The notes: generated by a model from the sequence alone, not told the origin. A stretch of 64,000 nt of DNA from Candidatus Eiseniibacteriota bacterium (GCA_963783375.1 CAWANH010000028.1:288001-352000), one strand, 5' to 3'; shown: positions 17,610 to 26,334, numbered from the stretch's first letter. Program-made: numbers and translations.

Positions 17610-20582
17610 TCAGCTCCTCCCGTCGCGCTCGTAGCCGGCCACCGGTCCGTCGTACCGGGCGAAGTCCACCTTGATATCGCGGTTGTTCCCGGTCGGACCC
17701 CAGTAGTTGAGCCGGAAGTTCAGATGGCCGTAGCCGCCGATGAGCTGGGTGGGCTTGATCTTGATGTAGGTGAGGGACTGCCAGCCCCCTTCCTGGAATC
17801 CCAGGTACTTCTCCCATCCGTGGTACATGGTGAGCCGGCCTTGTTTCTCTCCCGGCAGGATCTTGGCCTTCACGACCGCCGATCCCTGTGCGTTGAAGAT
17901 CTTGACCCAGTCGTTGTCCTTGATCCCCCGGGACTTCGCGTCGCCGGGATGGATGTAGACGATGGGGAGCCCCCGCTGGAGCCGAAGGAGATAGCGGTTG
18001 TCCCGCCAGGTGGAGTGGATCGACCATCGTCCATGAGGGGTGTTCCAGAAGAACGGGTACTGGGGATCGTCCTGGGGGCCCTTGTGCACGGGGAGCGTCT
18101 CGCCGAGCGCCCGGTACCACTCGTGGTCCACGTAGAACTGCTGCCGGCCGGTCAGCGTCCGCCACGGCCGCTTCTTCTCCACCTGATGGGTGAAGGGCGT
18201 GTAGGCGCGGCCTTCCTCGATCTCGCTGTTCCAGACTTCGGGATCGATTCCCACGAAGCGCTGGGGGGACTCCTGGAGGCCGTGATAGGTCATCCCCCGG
18301 GTCTCGGCGGAGTTGGCCAGGATGAAGTTCGCCGCATCCTCGTCGGTGACGATCTTCCCTTTCCCCGACCAGTCGTCGTGGATATGGGTGAAATCCCGGC
18401 TCCAGCCCAGCTCCTTGTCCTCGAAAGGCTTCAAACCCCGTCGACGGGCCACTTCCTGGATCTTCGCGGCCAGGGCGCCGAACGCGTCCCAGTCGGTCTT
18501 GGATTCGAACAGCGGGTCGAGCACCTTGGAGAACGGGTGCATGTAGGAATGGCAATCGGTGGAGTTGAGATCGGTCTTCTCATAGTAGCTGGAGGCCGGG
18601 AGCACCACGTCGCTGTAGAGGGCGGTGGTGTCCATGCGATAGTTCACATCCACGATCAAGTCGAGGTCTTTCCAGAGGGAACGGATGATGGCTTCGTTTC
18701 CTTTGGCCTGGTTCAGGTAGTTGGCCCGCCACACGATCAGGGCGCGGGGCTTCCGCGGGAGATCGTGCATCTTCTCCGGGGTGAGCTTCTCCCAGTCGTT
18801 CCGGGGCCAGAGCGGCATCCAGCCCTTCCGGACCGATTCCAGGATGTAGTGTTCGATCGGCTTCCCGGCGATCCGGTGCGGATCCCGCATGGAGGAGTGG
18901 CAGTAGGTCCATAGGGTCGTGTTCTGGAACCGCTGCTTCTTCCCTCCCTCGGGAAAGGCCAGCATCTTGAACCCGTGCTCGGGCCACACCCGCTCCTGGC
19001 CCACGTAGTGGTTGAACCCGCCGCCGTTCTTCCCCACGTTCCCGGTGAGGGCCACGACGAGAATGAGCGCTCGGTTCAGGAGATCGTTGTGGTACCAGTG
19101 GTTGACCCCGGCGCCGTGAATGATCATGGCCGGTTTCCGGGTGAACCCGCGCGCGAACTGGATCAGGTCCTTCTCGGGAATGCCGCAGGCCGCCGCCGCC
19201 CGGGCCGGGGTGTAGAGGGGATCGGCCAGGGTTTCCTGGAGCATGGCGAAAACCGTGGTCACCTCCACCGGCTTCCCGTCGGCCAGGGTCACCTTCCAGC
19301 TCCCTTCGAGATCCGGATCCACGCTTCCGAAGCGCAGGGAACGGGCGGTGGAACCCATGGTTCCAGGGGCCTGGACCGGGCGGCCGGACGCGGCGTCGTG
19401 GACATAGAAGACGGATTCGGGGTCGATCGCGGCGGGTTCCCCGTCGCCCGAGTCTCCGGCGGTTCCCTGGTTCCAGGGGGAGACCCGCGGGGCCTCCCCC
19501 CGGTCCCCGGGGCGCAGGTGGGATGCGCGCAAGAACTCGCCGGTGTCGGTCCGCACCAGGAAGGGAAGATCGGTCTGCTCCTTGGCGTAGGGAACGTCCA
19601 TGTGGCCGTTCTCGATCAACCAGCGGCAGACCGCCAGGGCCAGGACGATGTCCATTCCCGGCTTGATCGGGACGTACTGGTCGGCATGGATGGAGCTGGT
19701 GTTGAAATCGGGGGACACGCAGGCCACGGTGGCGCCGTTGTAGCGGGCCTCCCAGGCGAAGTGGGCGTCGGGGATCCGGGTGGCGTTGATGTTGGAGCCC
19801 CAGAGCACGATGTGCTTCGCGTTGAACCAGTCCGCGCACTCGGAGGACTCGGTCTGAACTCCCCAGGTGATGGGTTCCCCGGGGGGGAGATCGCAGTACC
19901 AGTCGTAGAACGAGGCGACCACCCCGCCGAGGTAGTGGGCCACGCGGATGCCCGAACAGAAGCTCACCGGGCTCATGGCCGGGATGACCGAGAAGAACGT
20001 ATTGGTGTCGGGGCCGTGTTCGTAGACGTTGTCGAGGAGCTTCCCCGCGATGAGCTCGAGGGCCTCGTCCCAGGAGGCGCGGCGCCACTTGCCTTCGCCG
20101 CGTTCCCCCACCCGGATGAGGGGGTACTTGATCCGCTGGGCGCCGTAGACGTACTCCACGAAGCACGCGCCCTTCTGGCAGCCCCGAGGGTTGTAGTCGG
20201 GGAGATCGAAGGAGATGCGGGGGTAATCGGCCGCCTGCTCCTCCCGGAGCATGATGCCGTCCTTCACGTACACCTTCCACGAGCAGGAGCCGGTGCAGTT
20301 GGCGGAATGGGTGGAGCGCACCACCCGATCCCAGGAGAAGCGTTTCTGATAGAGATCCTCCCACCCACGGTAGGGATAGGTCCGGAGAGGATCAACGTCC
20401 AGGATCTCGAATTCCTCCAGATCCGCTCCCGCCGGGCGGACCAGGAGGGCGGCCAGGCCGAGCCCGGTTCCGGCTCCCACCTGAAGGAAACGCCGCCGGG
20501 AGAGGGGCTTCTTCCCCTCGACTCCATCGCGGTCTCCGGTTTCGCTCGCCGGTCGTTCGTCGTGGATGAGCTTGTCGGTCAT
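17610..20582 (-). CDS. narG: Tat-exported Mo-bisPGD DMSO reductase type II alpha subunit, periplasmic nitrate reductase (pNarG)-like
   Basis: Tat SRRRFLQ; FS0 motif HSANCTGSC...RGCQKG; Asp ligand FYDWYCDLP; TRIPDAHF; NHYVGQE; TPHGRWSIHS. Substrate is inferred. Confidence 0.85.
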   Translation of the reverse strand: MTDKLIHDERPASETGDRDGVEGKKPLSRRRFLQVGAGTGLGLAALLVRPAGADLEEFEILDVDPLRTYPYRGWEDLYQKRFSWDRVVRSTHSANCTGSCSWKVYVKDGIMLREEQAADYPRISFDLPDYNPRGCQKGACFVEYVYGAQRIKYPLIRVGERGEGKWRRASWDEALELIAGKLLDNVYEHGPDTNTFFSVIPAMSPVSFCSGIRVAHYLGGVVASFYDWYCDLPPGEPITWGVQTESSECADWFNAKHIVLWGSNINATRIPDAHFAWEARYNGATVACVSPDFNTSSIHADQYVPIKPGMDIVLALAVCRWLIENGHMDVPYAKEQTDLPFLVRTDTGEFLRASHLRPGDRGEAPRVSPWNQGTAGDSGDGEPAAIDPESVFYVHDAASGRPVQAPGTMGSTARSLRFGSVDPDLEGSWKVTLADGKPVEVTTVFAMLQETLADPLYTPARAAAACGIPEKDLIQFARGFTRKPAMIIHGAGVNHWYHNDLLNRALILVVALTGNVGKNGGGFNHYVGQERVWPEHGFKMLAFPEGGKKQRFQNTTLWTYCHSSMRDPHRIAGKPIEHYILESVRKGWMPLWPRNDWEKLTPEKMHDLPRKPRALIVWRANYLNQAKGNEAIIRSLWKDLDLIVDVNYRMDTTALYSDVVLPASSYYEKTDLNSTDCHSYMHPFSKVLDPLFESKTDWDAFGALAAKIQEVARRRGLKPFEDKELGWSRDFTHIHDDWSGKGKIVTDEDAANFILANSAETRGMTYHGLQESPQRFVGIDPEVWNSEIEEGRAYTPFTHQVEKKRPWRTLTGRQQFYVDHEWYRALGETLPVHKGPQDDPQYPFFWNTPHGRWSIHSTWRDNRYLLRLQRGLPIVYIHPGDAKSRGIKDNDWVKIFNAQGSAVVKAKILPGEKQGRLTMYHGWEKYLGFQEGGWQSLTYIKIKPTQLIGGYGHLNFRLNYWGPTGNNRDIKVDFARYDGPVAGYERDGRS

Positions 20583-20592
20583 GTTCCGTTCC

Positions 20593-22170
20593 TCACCGGG
20601 GGTCCGCCGCGGCCCGGTCCGGAGACTCCGGCGCGGGCCCGACGGAGGCCGAAGCGGTGGTTCCCGCCGCCGGCGTCCCCAGGGATTTGACGTAGGCCAC
20701 CAGGTCGTTGATGTCGGTTCGGTCCAGGCCCCCCCAGCCGGGGGCGAGGAAGGCGGGCATGGCGGTGTCGGTCCGGCCGTAGGCCACCGTCCGGAACACG
20801 AGTTCCCGGCTCGCGTTGTGCTGGAAGGTGGAGTTGGCGAGGCTCGGTCCCAGAACGCCCAGGCCGGTCGGGCCGTGGCAACCGGCGCAGTTCTTCAGGA
20901 AGAGCACGGAGCCGCGTTCCGGATCGCCCGGCCCGGGGTCGGCGATCAGGGCGGAATCGGCCCCGGCGGCGGTCTCGGAGACGGTGACCGGTCGCCCCAG
21001 CACGTACCCGGTCAACCGGGCGATATCGTCCTCGGAGAGCCCCCCCGCCTCGGGGCCCCAGGCCGGCATGAGGGTGCCGGGGCGCCCGTCCCGGATCATG
21101 GCGGCCACGAAGGCGGGGTCGGCGATCTCGCGAAAGGTTTTCCCGCGAACGGCGGGGATGAAGCGGGCGAAGAACTTGTCGTACCGGCCGCTGGATCCGG
21201 TGTCGTGGCACTTGGCGCAAAGCTCGGTGTAAAGGGCTTCGGCCGGCCTCGGCTCGGGCCGCGACCGATGGTATATCTCCAGGTGCTTCTCCGGGCTCAC
21301 GTAGGAACCGGGGAAATCGCGTTCCTGGAGCGACAGCACGAAGGAGGTGAGGGCGACGGTCTCCCGGCGGTTCAGGCCGGGGTTGGGCATCCGGCTCCCC
21401 GCCACCACCGCCTGGGGATCCGCGAAGTGCTCGATCAACCACTCCGGCACGGTGTGGGGGCCCTGGATGGCCGCGAAGGGGAGCTGACCCTTCACCTTCA
21501 GCCCCTCGTTGTCCAGGGCGGGGCCCAGGGCCCCCCCCAACCGGTTCAGTTTGTGGCAGCTCCGGCACCCCTTGGTCTCGAACAGCGCCGCTCCGCGTGC
21601 GTACACCTCGCCCCCCCGGTCCGCGACCTCGGCCGGCGTGTGGCAGAGCCCGCAGGCGGACTGGGTGAGGTCGAGGGGAAGGAGGGGATAATCCCAGTGA
21701 CGGTCCTCGGCCTTGGCGTCGGCGAAATCCGTGGCCCGTCCCTGGCCCCGGTGGCAGACGGTGCAACCGAATCGGGCGTCCTCGTGCCAGGAAAGGTACC
21801 GTCCGGGATGTGTGCGGTAGGGATTCGGCTCCTTCACCATTCGGGGGTCGTCGTAGCCGGTATGACAGCTCACGCACCGATCCACCGTCCCGAGATCGGG
21901 AACCACGATCTGGCGCATCTGAACCTCGAAGTTCTCGGCCAGCTTCTTCCCCCAGGGGTCCGTGGCCTTCTCCCTCAGGATCTTCCCGTATCGGATCTGG
22001 TAGAGACGCCAAGGAGCGGCGTAGTTCTCCTTGATCGCCGCCCCGGCCAGGACGGCGAGGGTGGCCAGGCTGACCGCGAGGAGCCAGATCTTGACCCGGC
22101 GGTCGGTGCGGGCCGCCTCCTCGCGGACCTCGGGAGTGAGCCGTTCATCCTGTGGGTTGTGACTAGTCAT
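20593..22170 (-). CDS. Membrane-anchored hexaheme cytochrome c
   Basis: N-terminal TM helix; six CxxCH motifs: CVSCH, CTVCH, CGLCH, CRSCH, CAKCH, CAGCH. Confidence 0.9.
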   Translation of the reverse strand: MTSHNPQDERLTPEVREEAARTDRRVKIWLLAVSLATLAVLAGAAIKENYAAPWRLYQIRYGKILREKATDPWGKKLAENFEVQMRQIVVPDLGTVDRCVSCHTGYDDPRMVKEPNPYRTHPGRYLSWHEDARFGCTVCHRGQGRATDFADAKAEDRHWDYPLLPLDLTQSACGLCHTPAEVADRGGEVYARGAALFETKGCRSCHKLNRLGGALGPALDNEGLKVKGQLPFAAIQGPHTVPEWLIEHFADPQAVVAGSRMPNPGLNRRETVALTSFVLSLQERDFPGSYVSPEKHLEIYHRSRPEPRPAEALYTELCAKCHDTGSSGRYDKFFARFIPAVRGKTFREIADPAFVAAMIRDGRPGTLMPAWGPEAGGLSEDDIARLTGYVLGRPVTVSETAAGADSALIADPGPGDPERGSVLFLKNCAGCHGPTGLGVLGPSLANSTFQHNASRELVFRTVAYGRTDTAMPAFLAPGWGGLDRTDINDLVAYVKSLGTPAAGTTASASVGPAPESPDRAAADPR

Positions 22171-22179
22171 CGCCGGACC

Positions 22180-23727
22180 TCAATGCAAGGGCCACTGGGA
22201 CTTGCTCCAGTAGAACCCCCAGTTGGGACCCCTGAGCTCGGAGCCCACGTAGGTCAGGATCACGAAACCGACCAGGAAGCAGGTGAAGAGCGCGATCGCC
22301 GACATGCGGGTGGAGTTCGTCCGCTTCAGGACCCCCAAAGACCAGAGAACATAGGCCGCGGTGAGGAGCGTCCCCGGGTTCACCGCGATAATGAGCAGCT
22401 GGGGAACGTGGGGGAACCAGTTCCGGATCCAGCCGAAGGTGACGGGGACCGCCACCGCCAGGATCGCGGTCAGCGCCGCGAAGATCAGGCTCTGGAGCGC
22501 CACCCGCTTCCCCCGGGATCCGCTCAGGTAGACCCCGGCGTCTTCGGGCTCCCGGTCGAGATAGGGGATCAGAGCCAGGCCCAGAACCGCCACCGCGGGG
22601 ATCACGAGCCCCCCCATGAAGGCGGAGTAGGACACCAGCTCCTGAAGCCCCAGGAAGTACCACGGCGCCTTGGCCGGATTCTCGGGAACGCTGGCGTTGG
22701 CCAGCTCCTTCAGGGGGGCGTCGAAGAAGATTCCAAGGAGAACCACCACCAGCATGCAGGCCATGAAGACCAGGAGTTCGGCCCGGAGCAGGTAGGGAAA
22801 GCTCGGCACGGTCTCGGAGGGATCGAGGTTGGCGGCGGGACGACGGTCCCGAACCAGGCACATGAGCCCGAAGGTCTTCCGGGTGGCCTCGGCGGGGGCC
22901 CGCGCCGGCGTGCCGGAGGGAGGCGCTCCCTTCCCCGCCGGCGTGGACGCCGTCCCCGGCCGGCCCAGTCCCCCATCCTTGCGGATCCGCCAGAAGTGGA
23001 CGCTCAGAAGCGCGGCCACCGCCAGGGGGAGCACCATCACGTGGAGCAGGTAGAACCGGATCAACGCTTCCGGGCCCACGCCGGTCGCCCCGAGCAGGAG
23101 TTCCTTCTGGAATCCACCGGGATCGAAGAAGCGGGTGACGCCCAGGGCGTCGGTCAGCTCACGCGGCGATCCCGCGATGTTGCTCCCGATGGTGATGGCC
23201 CAGTAGGCGAGCTGGTCCCAGGGAAGAAGGTAGCCGGTGAAGGAGAGCCCCAGGGTGAGGATGAAGAGCCCCATCCCCATCAGCCAGTTGAACTCCCGCG
23301 GCTTCTTGTAACTCGCGGTATAGAACACCCGCACCATATGGAGAATCACCGTCACCACCATGAGGTGGGCGGACCAGCGGTGGATGTTCCGGATGAAGCG
23401 TCCGGTGGGAACGGCGTAGTGGATGTCCTTCATGCTCTGATACGCCTGATCCACCGAGGGTTTGTAGTAGACCATGAGGAGCACCCCGGTCACGACCAGG
23501 ATGAGGAAGAAGCTCAGGGTGGCGATCCCCATGGCCATGGTGGTCGAGAACCGGAGCGTGCGGATGTGGGTCCGCGTCGAGTGGAGGTGGAGGTACACGT
23601 TGGAGAACACGGTCTGGGAGCGGCTGCGGTCGGTGACCGGCGGGCCGTGACGCACCAGGGACTCCTTGAAGTTCCGGGGCAGGCGTCGCAGGTTTTCCTT
23701 GAAGGCGTCCAGACCGATGCTGCTCAT
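22180..23727 (-). CDS. Cytochrome b of a Rieske/cytb complex (b6 and subunit IV fused)
   Basis: Heme ligands in RNIHRWSAHLM..LHMVRVF and RFYLLH..SVHFWRI; TGYLLPWDQLAYWA; NPAKAPWYF. Confidence 0.92.
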   Translation of the reverse strand: MSSIGLDAFKENLRRLPRNFKESLVRHGPPVTDRSRSQTVFSNVYLHLHSTRTHIRTLRFSTTMAMGIATLSFFLILVVTGVLLMVYYKPSVDQAYQSMKDIHYAVPTGRFIRNIHRWSAHLMVVTVILHMVRVFYTASYKKPREFNWLMGMGLFILTLGLSFTGYLLPWDQLAYWAITIGSNIAGSPRELTDALGVTRFFDPGGFQKELLLGATGVGPEALIRFYLLHVMVLPLAVAALLSVHFWRIRKDGGLGRPGTASTPAGKGAPPSGTPARAPAEATRKTFGLMCLVRDRRPAANLDPSETVPSFPYLLRAELLVFMACMLVVVLLGIFFDAPLKELANASVPENPAKAPWYFLGLQELVSYSAFMGGLVIPAVAVLGLALIPYLDREPEDAGVYLSGSRGKRVALQSLIFAALTAILAVAVPVTFGWIRNWFPHVPQLLIIAVNPGTLLTAAYVLWSLGVLKRTNSTRMSAIALFTCFLVGFVILTYVGSELRGPNWGFYWSKSQWPLH

Positions 23728-23791
23728 GACCGCTTTCTTCCCCGCGGGTCGGGCTCGGATCGGGTGGGTGGGTCGACGGGTTCGTGCACGG

Positions 23792-24259
23792 TTAGGCCCG
23801 ATAGAACGTGCCCTGGGGCACTTCCCGCTTGGCGTCCACCACCAGGCTGCCGTCGGCGGCCCGCGAAACCTCGAGCCATCGGAGGGGCCTCGGAGCGGGC
23901 CCCCCCAGGACGTCGCCGACGGGGTCGAACCGCGAGCCGTGGCAGGGGCATTTGAACCCCTCCGCACTCTCCCCCACGATGCAACCCAGGTGGGTACAGA
24001 CCATGGACATGGCCGCCACTCCCCGGGGGGTGGCCATCACCCGCACGTTCCGCTCGGCGAGGATGCGGGTGGTTCCGGGGGGAAACTCCTCGGGGCGGCC
24101 GATCCGAAAACGGCTTCCCGCCTCGGGGAGGACCCGCGGCATGGGCAGGCGGACCATCCCCACGATGGAACCCAGAACCGCGGCCCCCGCCGCGGCCAGG
24201 CCGGCCAGGCTCAGGAAGTCGCGTCGGGGGAGAGGATCGGGAGTCAGTCGATCCGACAT
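23792..24259 (-). CDS. Rieske [2Fe-2S] subunit of a Rieske/cytb complex
   Basis: Tat-like PRRDFL plus TM helix; CTHLGC and CPCHGSRF; GPAPRPL. Confidence 0.93.
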   Translation of the reverse strand: MSDRLTPDPLPRRDFLSLAGLAAAGAAVLGSIVGMVRLPMPRVLPEAGSRFRIGRPEEFPPGTTRILAERNVRVMATPRGVAAMSMVCTHLGCIVGESAEGFKCPCHGSRFDPVGDVLGGPAPRPLRWLEVSRAADGSLVVDAKREVPQGTFYRA

Positions 24260-26196
24260 GCGGGCACCTCCTCGAATCGGAACCGTTCCATGGTGATGGC
24301 GCCGGTGGGGCAGCGCTCGGCGCAGAGACCGCAGCGAATGCAGAGGGTCTCGTCCTTGAGGATGGCCGAGGCCTCGACCGGATCCAGGCCGGCGAGCCGG
24401 TTGGCCACGAGCCCGGCGAGATCGTCCAGGGCCGGGTCGCCCGAAGCGGTCAGGCGGTCGGCGGAGACGATGCGGAGGCAGAGTTCGGGACAGACGTCCA
24501 CGCATCCCCCGCAGAGGATGCACCGGTCGCCGTCGAAGATGGTGTTCACCCCGCAGTCCAGACAGCGCGAGGCCTCCCGCCGGGCCTGCGCCCCGGAGTA
24601 GCCGGTCTCGACCTGGGCGCGGGGGTCCCCCATCCGGCTCTCGGGCGACGCGGTGGGGATCGGAACCCGGGAGATCCGCTCGTAGTCCGGTTCCCGCCGG
24701 TAGTCGGGAATGGCGAGATGGAGCTGGACATCCCGGTGGGTGACGGCGCGTCCGGTGAAGTCGCCGTAGATCTCCCGGGCCACCTGTTTTCCCGAGGCCA
24801 CGGCGTGGATCAGGAGTTTCGGCCCGTAGGCCAGGTCCCCGGCGACAAAGACGTCGGATGCGGAGGTGCGCCCGGTGACCCCGTCGCAGGCCAGGTATCC
24901 CCGTCCGGTCACCTCGAGCCCGTCGCGCCCGGCGTCCACGAAGGAAAGGTCCACCGCCTGGCCGACGGCGAGGAGCACGTTGTCGCAGCGGATGGTCTCC
25001 CGAACCGAGTCGTCGAACACCGGGTTGAAACGACGGTTCTCGTCGAAGACGCGCAGGCAGCGACGGAACGCCACGCCGCGTACCCGGCCCGATTGGGTGG
25101 TCAGCACCTCCACCGGGCCCAGGCTGTTCCGGCGGATGATGCCCTCTTCGTCCCCCTCGATGATTTCGGCGTCGTCCGCGGGCATCTCGTCCAGGGACTC
25201 GAGGGAGCAGAGATGGACCTCCCCCACCCCATGCTCCCGGAGCGCGGTGCGCGCGGTATCAAGGGAGATCTGCCGAAGAACCGAACGACCCACGTCGTAG
25301 GCCACGTTCCCACCTCCGATCACCACCACGCTCTTTCCGAGGGCCGGCGGACGGCCGAGCGCCACGTCGCGCAGGAATTCCACCCCACCCAGGACACCCT
25401 GGGCGTCGGCCCCGGGGAGCGGGAGAATACGGGAGCGCTTGGCCCCCACCGCGATCACCACCGCGTCGTGGCGGGCGCGGAGTTCGGAGAGCGAGACGTC
25501 TCGACCCACCTCGCAGTTCAGGACCGCCTTCACGCCCATGGCCAGGATGACCTCGACCTCCGCGTCGATCTCCTCTCGGGGCAACCGGTAGCCGGGAACC
25601 CCCAAGGCGAGCATCCCGGCGAGGACCGGCTCCATCTCGTAGATCGTGACCTCCACCCCGAGAAGGGCCAGGTCGTGGGCGGCGGCCAGTCCGGCAGGCC
25701 CACTCCCCACGATCCCCACCGAGCGCCCGACCACCGGAGAGAGGTCGCCGGTCAGAAGCGATCGGAGAATGGGGAGGAGTTCGTCCGTGTCTTCACAAGC
25801 TCGGGGAGCGTGGCGTCGGGCCGCATCCTTGAGGAACTCGATCAGGTCCCGGCCGCCGGCGGGGCGGGCCTCGGGTCCGAACGATTCGCAGACGAAGCGC
25901 TTGAGGGCCCGGATGGCGATGGGCCGGTCGATGTCGCCGCGACGGCAGGCGGCCTCGCAGGGCGCGCCGCAGATCCGTCCGCAGATCGAGGCCAACGGGT
26001 TGGGTCCCCGGGCGATGAGGTAGGCCAGCTCATCGTCGCCGGCGGCGATGGCCCGCACGTAGCCCCGGGCGTCGGTGTGAACCGGGCACGCGGCCTGACA
26101 CTTAATCTGGCTCTTCCAGTAGAAGCGGTCAGGCACGCGGACGAAGACCGGATCGATACCGTCGCTGCCTGTCGGGGGGGCTACCCGATCCACCAT
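24244..26196 (-). CDS. Cytoplasmic FAD/NAD(P)-dependent oxidoreductase with N-terminal Fe-S domain and C-terminal 2x[4Fe-4S] ferredoxin (GltD/NfnB/DsrL-like)
   Basis: CQAACP..CGRICGAPCEAAC; GSGPAG; GGGNVAYD; VFVAGD; RCLDC, CILCGGCVDVCP and CIRCGLCAERCP; no signal peptide; SD GGAGG. Confidence 0.9.
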   Translation of the reverse strand: MVDRVAPPTGSDGIDPVFVRVPDRFYWKSQIKCQAACPVHTDARGYVRAIAAGDDELAYLIARGPNPLASICGRICGAPCEAACRRGDIDRPIAIRALKRFVCESFGPEARPAGGRDLIEFLKDAARRHAPRACEDTDELLPILRSLLTGDLSPVVGRSVGIVGSGPAGLAAAHDLALLGVEVTIYEMEPVLAGMLALGVPGYRLPREEIDAEVEVILAMGVKAVLNCEVGRDVSLSELRARHDAVVIAVGAKRSRILPLPGADAQGVLGGVEFLRDVALGRPPALGKSVVVIGGGNVAYDVGRSVLRQISLDTARTALREHGVGEVHLCSLESLDEMPADDAEIIEGDEEGIIRRNSLGPVEVLTTQSGRVRGVAFRRCLRVFDENRRFNPVFDDSVRETIRCDNVLLAVGQAVDLSFVDAGRDGLEVTGRGYLACDGVTGRTSASDVFVAGDLAYGPKLLIHAVASGKQVAREIYGDFTGRAVTHRDVQLHLAIPDYRREPDYERISRVPIPTASPESRMGDPRAQVETGYSGAQARREASRCLDCGVNTIFDGDRCILCGGCVDVCPELCLRIVSADRLTASGDPALDDLAGLVANRLAGLDPVEASAILKDETLCIRCGLCAERCPTGAITMERFRFEEVPACRID

Positions 26197-26237
26197 GGAA
26201 CCTCCATCCCGGGTTCGCGATCCAATTCCGGTAGAAT

Positions 26238-26266
26238 AGGACTTGCAGGTCCTGATATCCATTTTA
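26238..26266 (-). promoter_or_regulatory. Putative promoter of the oxidoreductase-bc-nar operon (-10 TAAAAT) with a near-palindromic operator
   Basis: AT-rich island; TAAAAT at 26266-26261; AGGACTTGCAGGTCCT (26238-26253) has 14/16 dyad symmetry and lies just downstream. Confidence 0.45.
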
Positions 26267-26334
26267 TTCCTGAAAAATGACTTATCCAGAAAATCAATGA
26301 CATCTAAGCGCTTATTTAGTTGGGGTTTAGAAGG

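Noticed and set aside
17610-20582. Perchlorate reductase (pcrA) call
   Set aside because: It has HYVGQE rather than the PcrA Trp gate, the gamma subunit is heme-b EB_dh type rather than tetraheme PcrC, and no chlorite dismutase is in the window.
20566-23955. 1129-aa plus-strand ORF and many other long antisense or alternate-frame ORFs
   Set aside because: These are shadow ORFs of high-GC coding sequence. They have no motifs and overlap well-supported genes on the other strand or frame.
24244-26196. Glutamate synthase small subunit (gltD) or dsrL call
   Set aside because: No gltB or dsr genes are nearby; it has an extra C-terminal ferredoxin relative to GltD and overlaps the Rieske gene.
26284-26297. 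Possible FNR box upstream of the respiratory operon
   Set aside because: Only one half-site (ATCAA 26293-26297) matches; the other half reads ATCCA and the spacing to the -10 is not class II.
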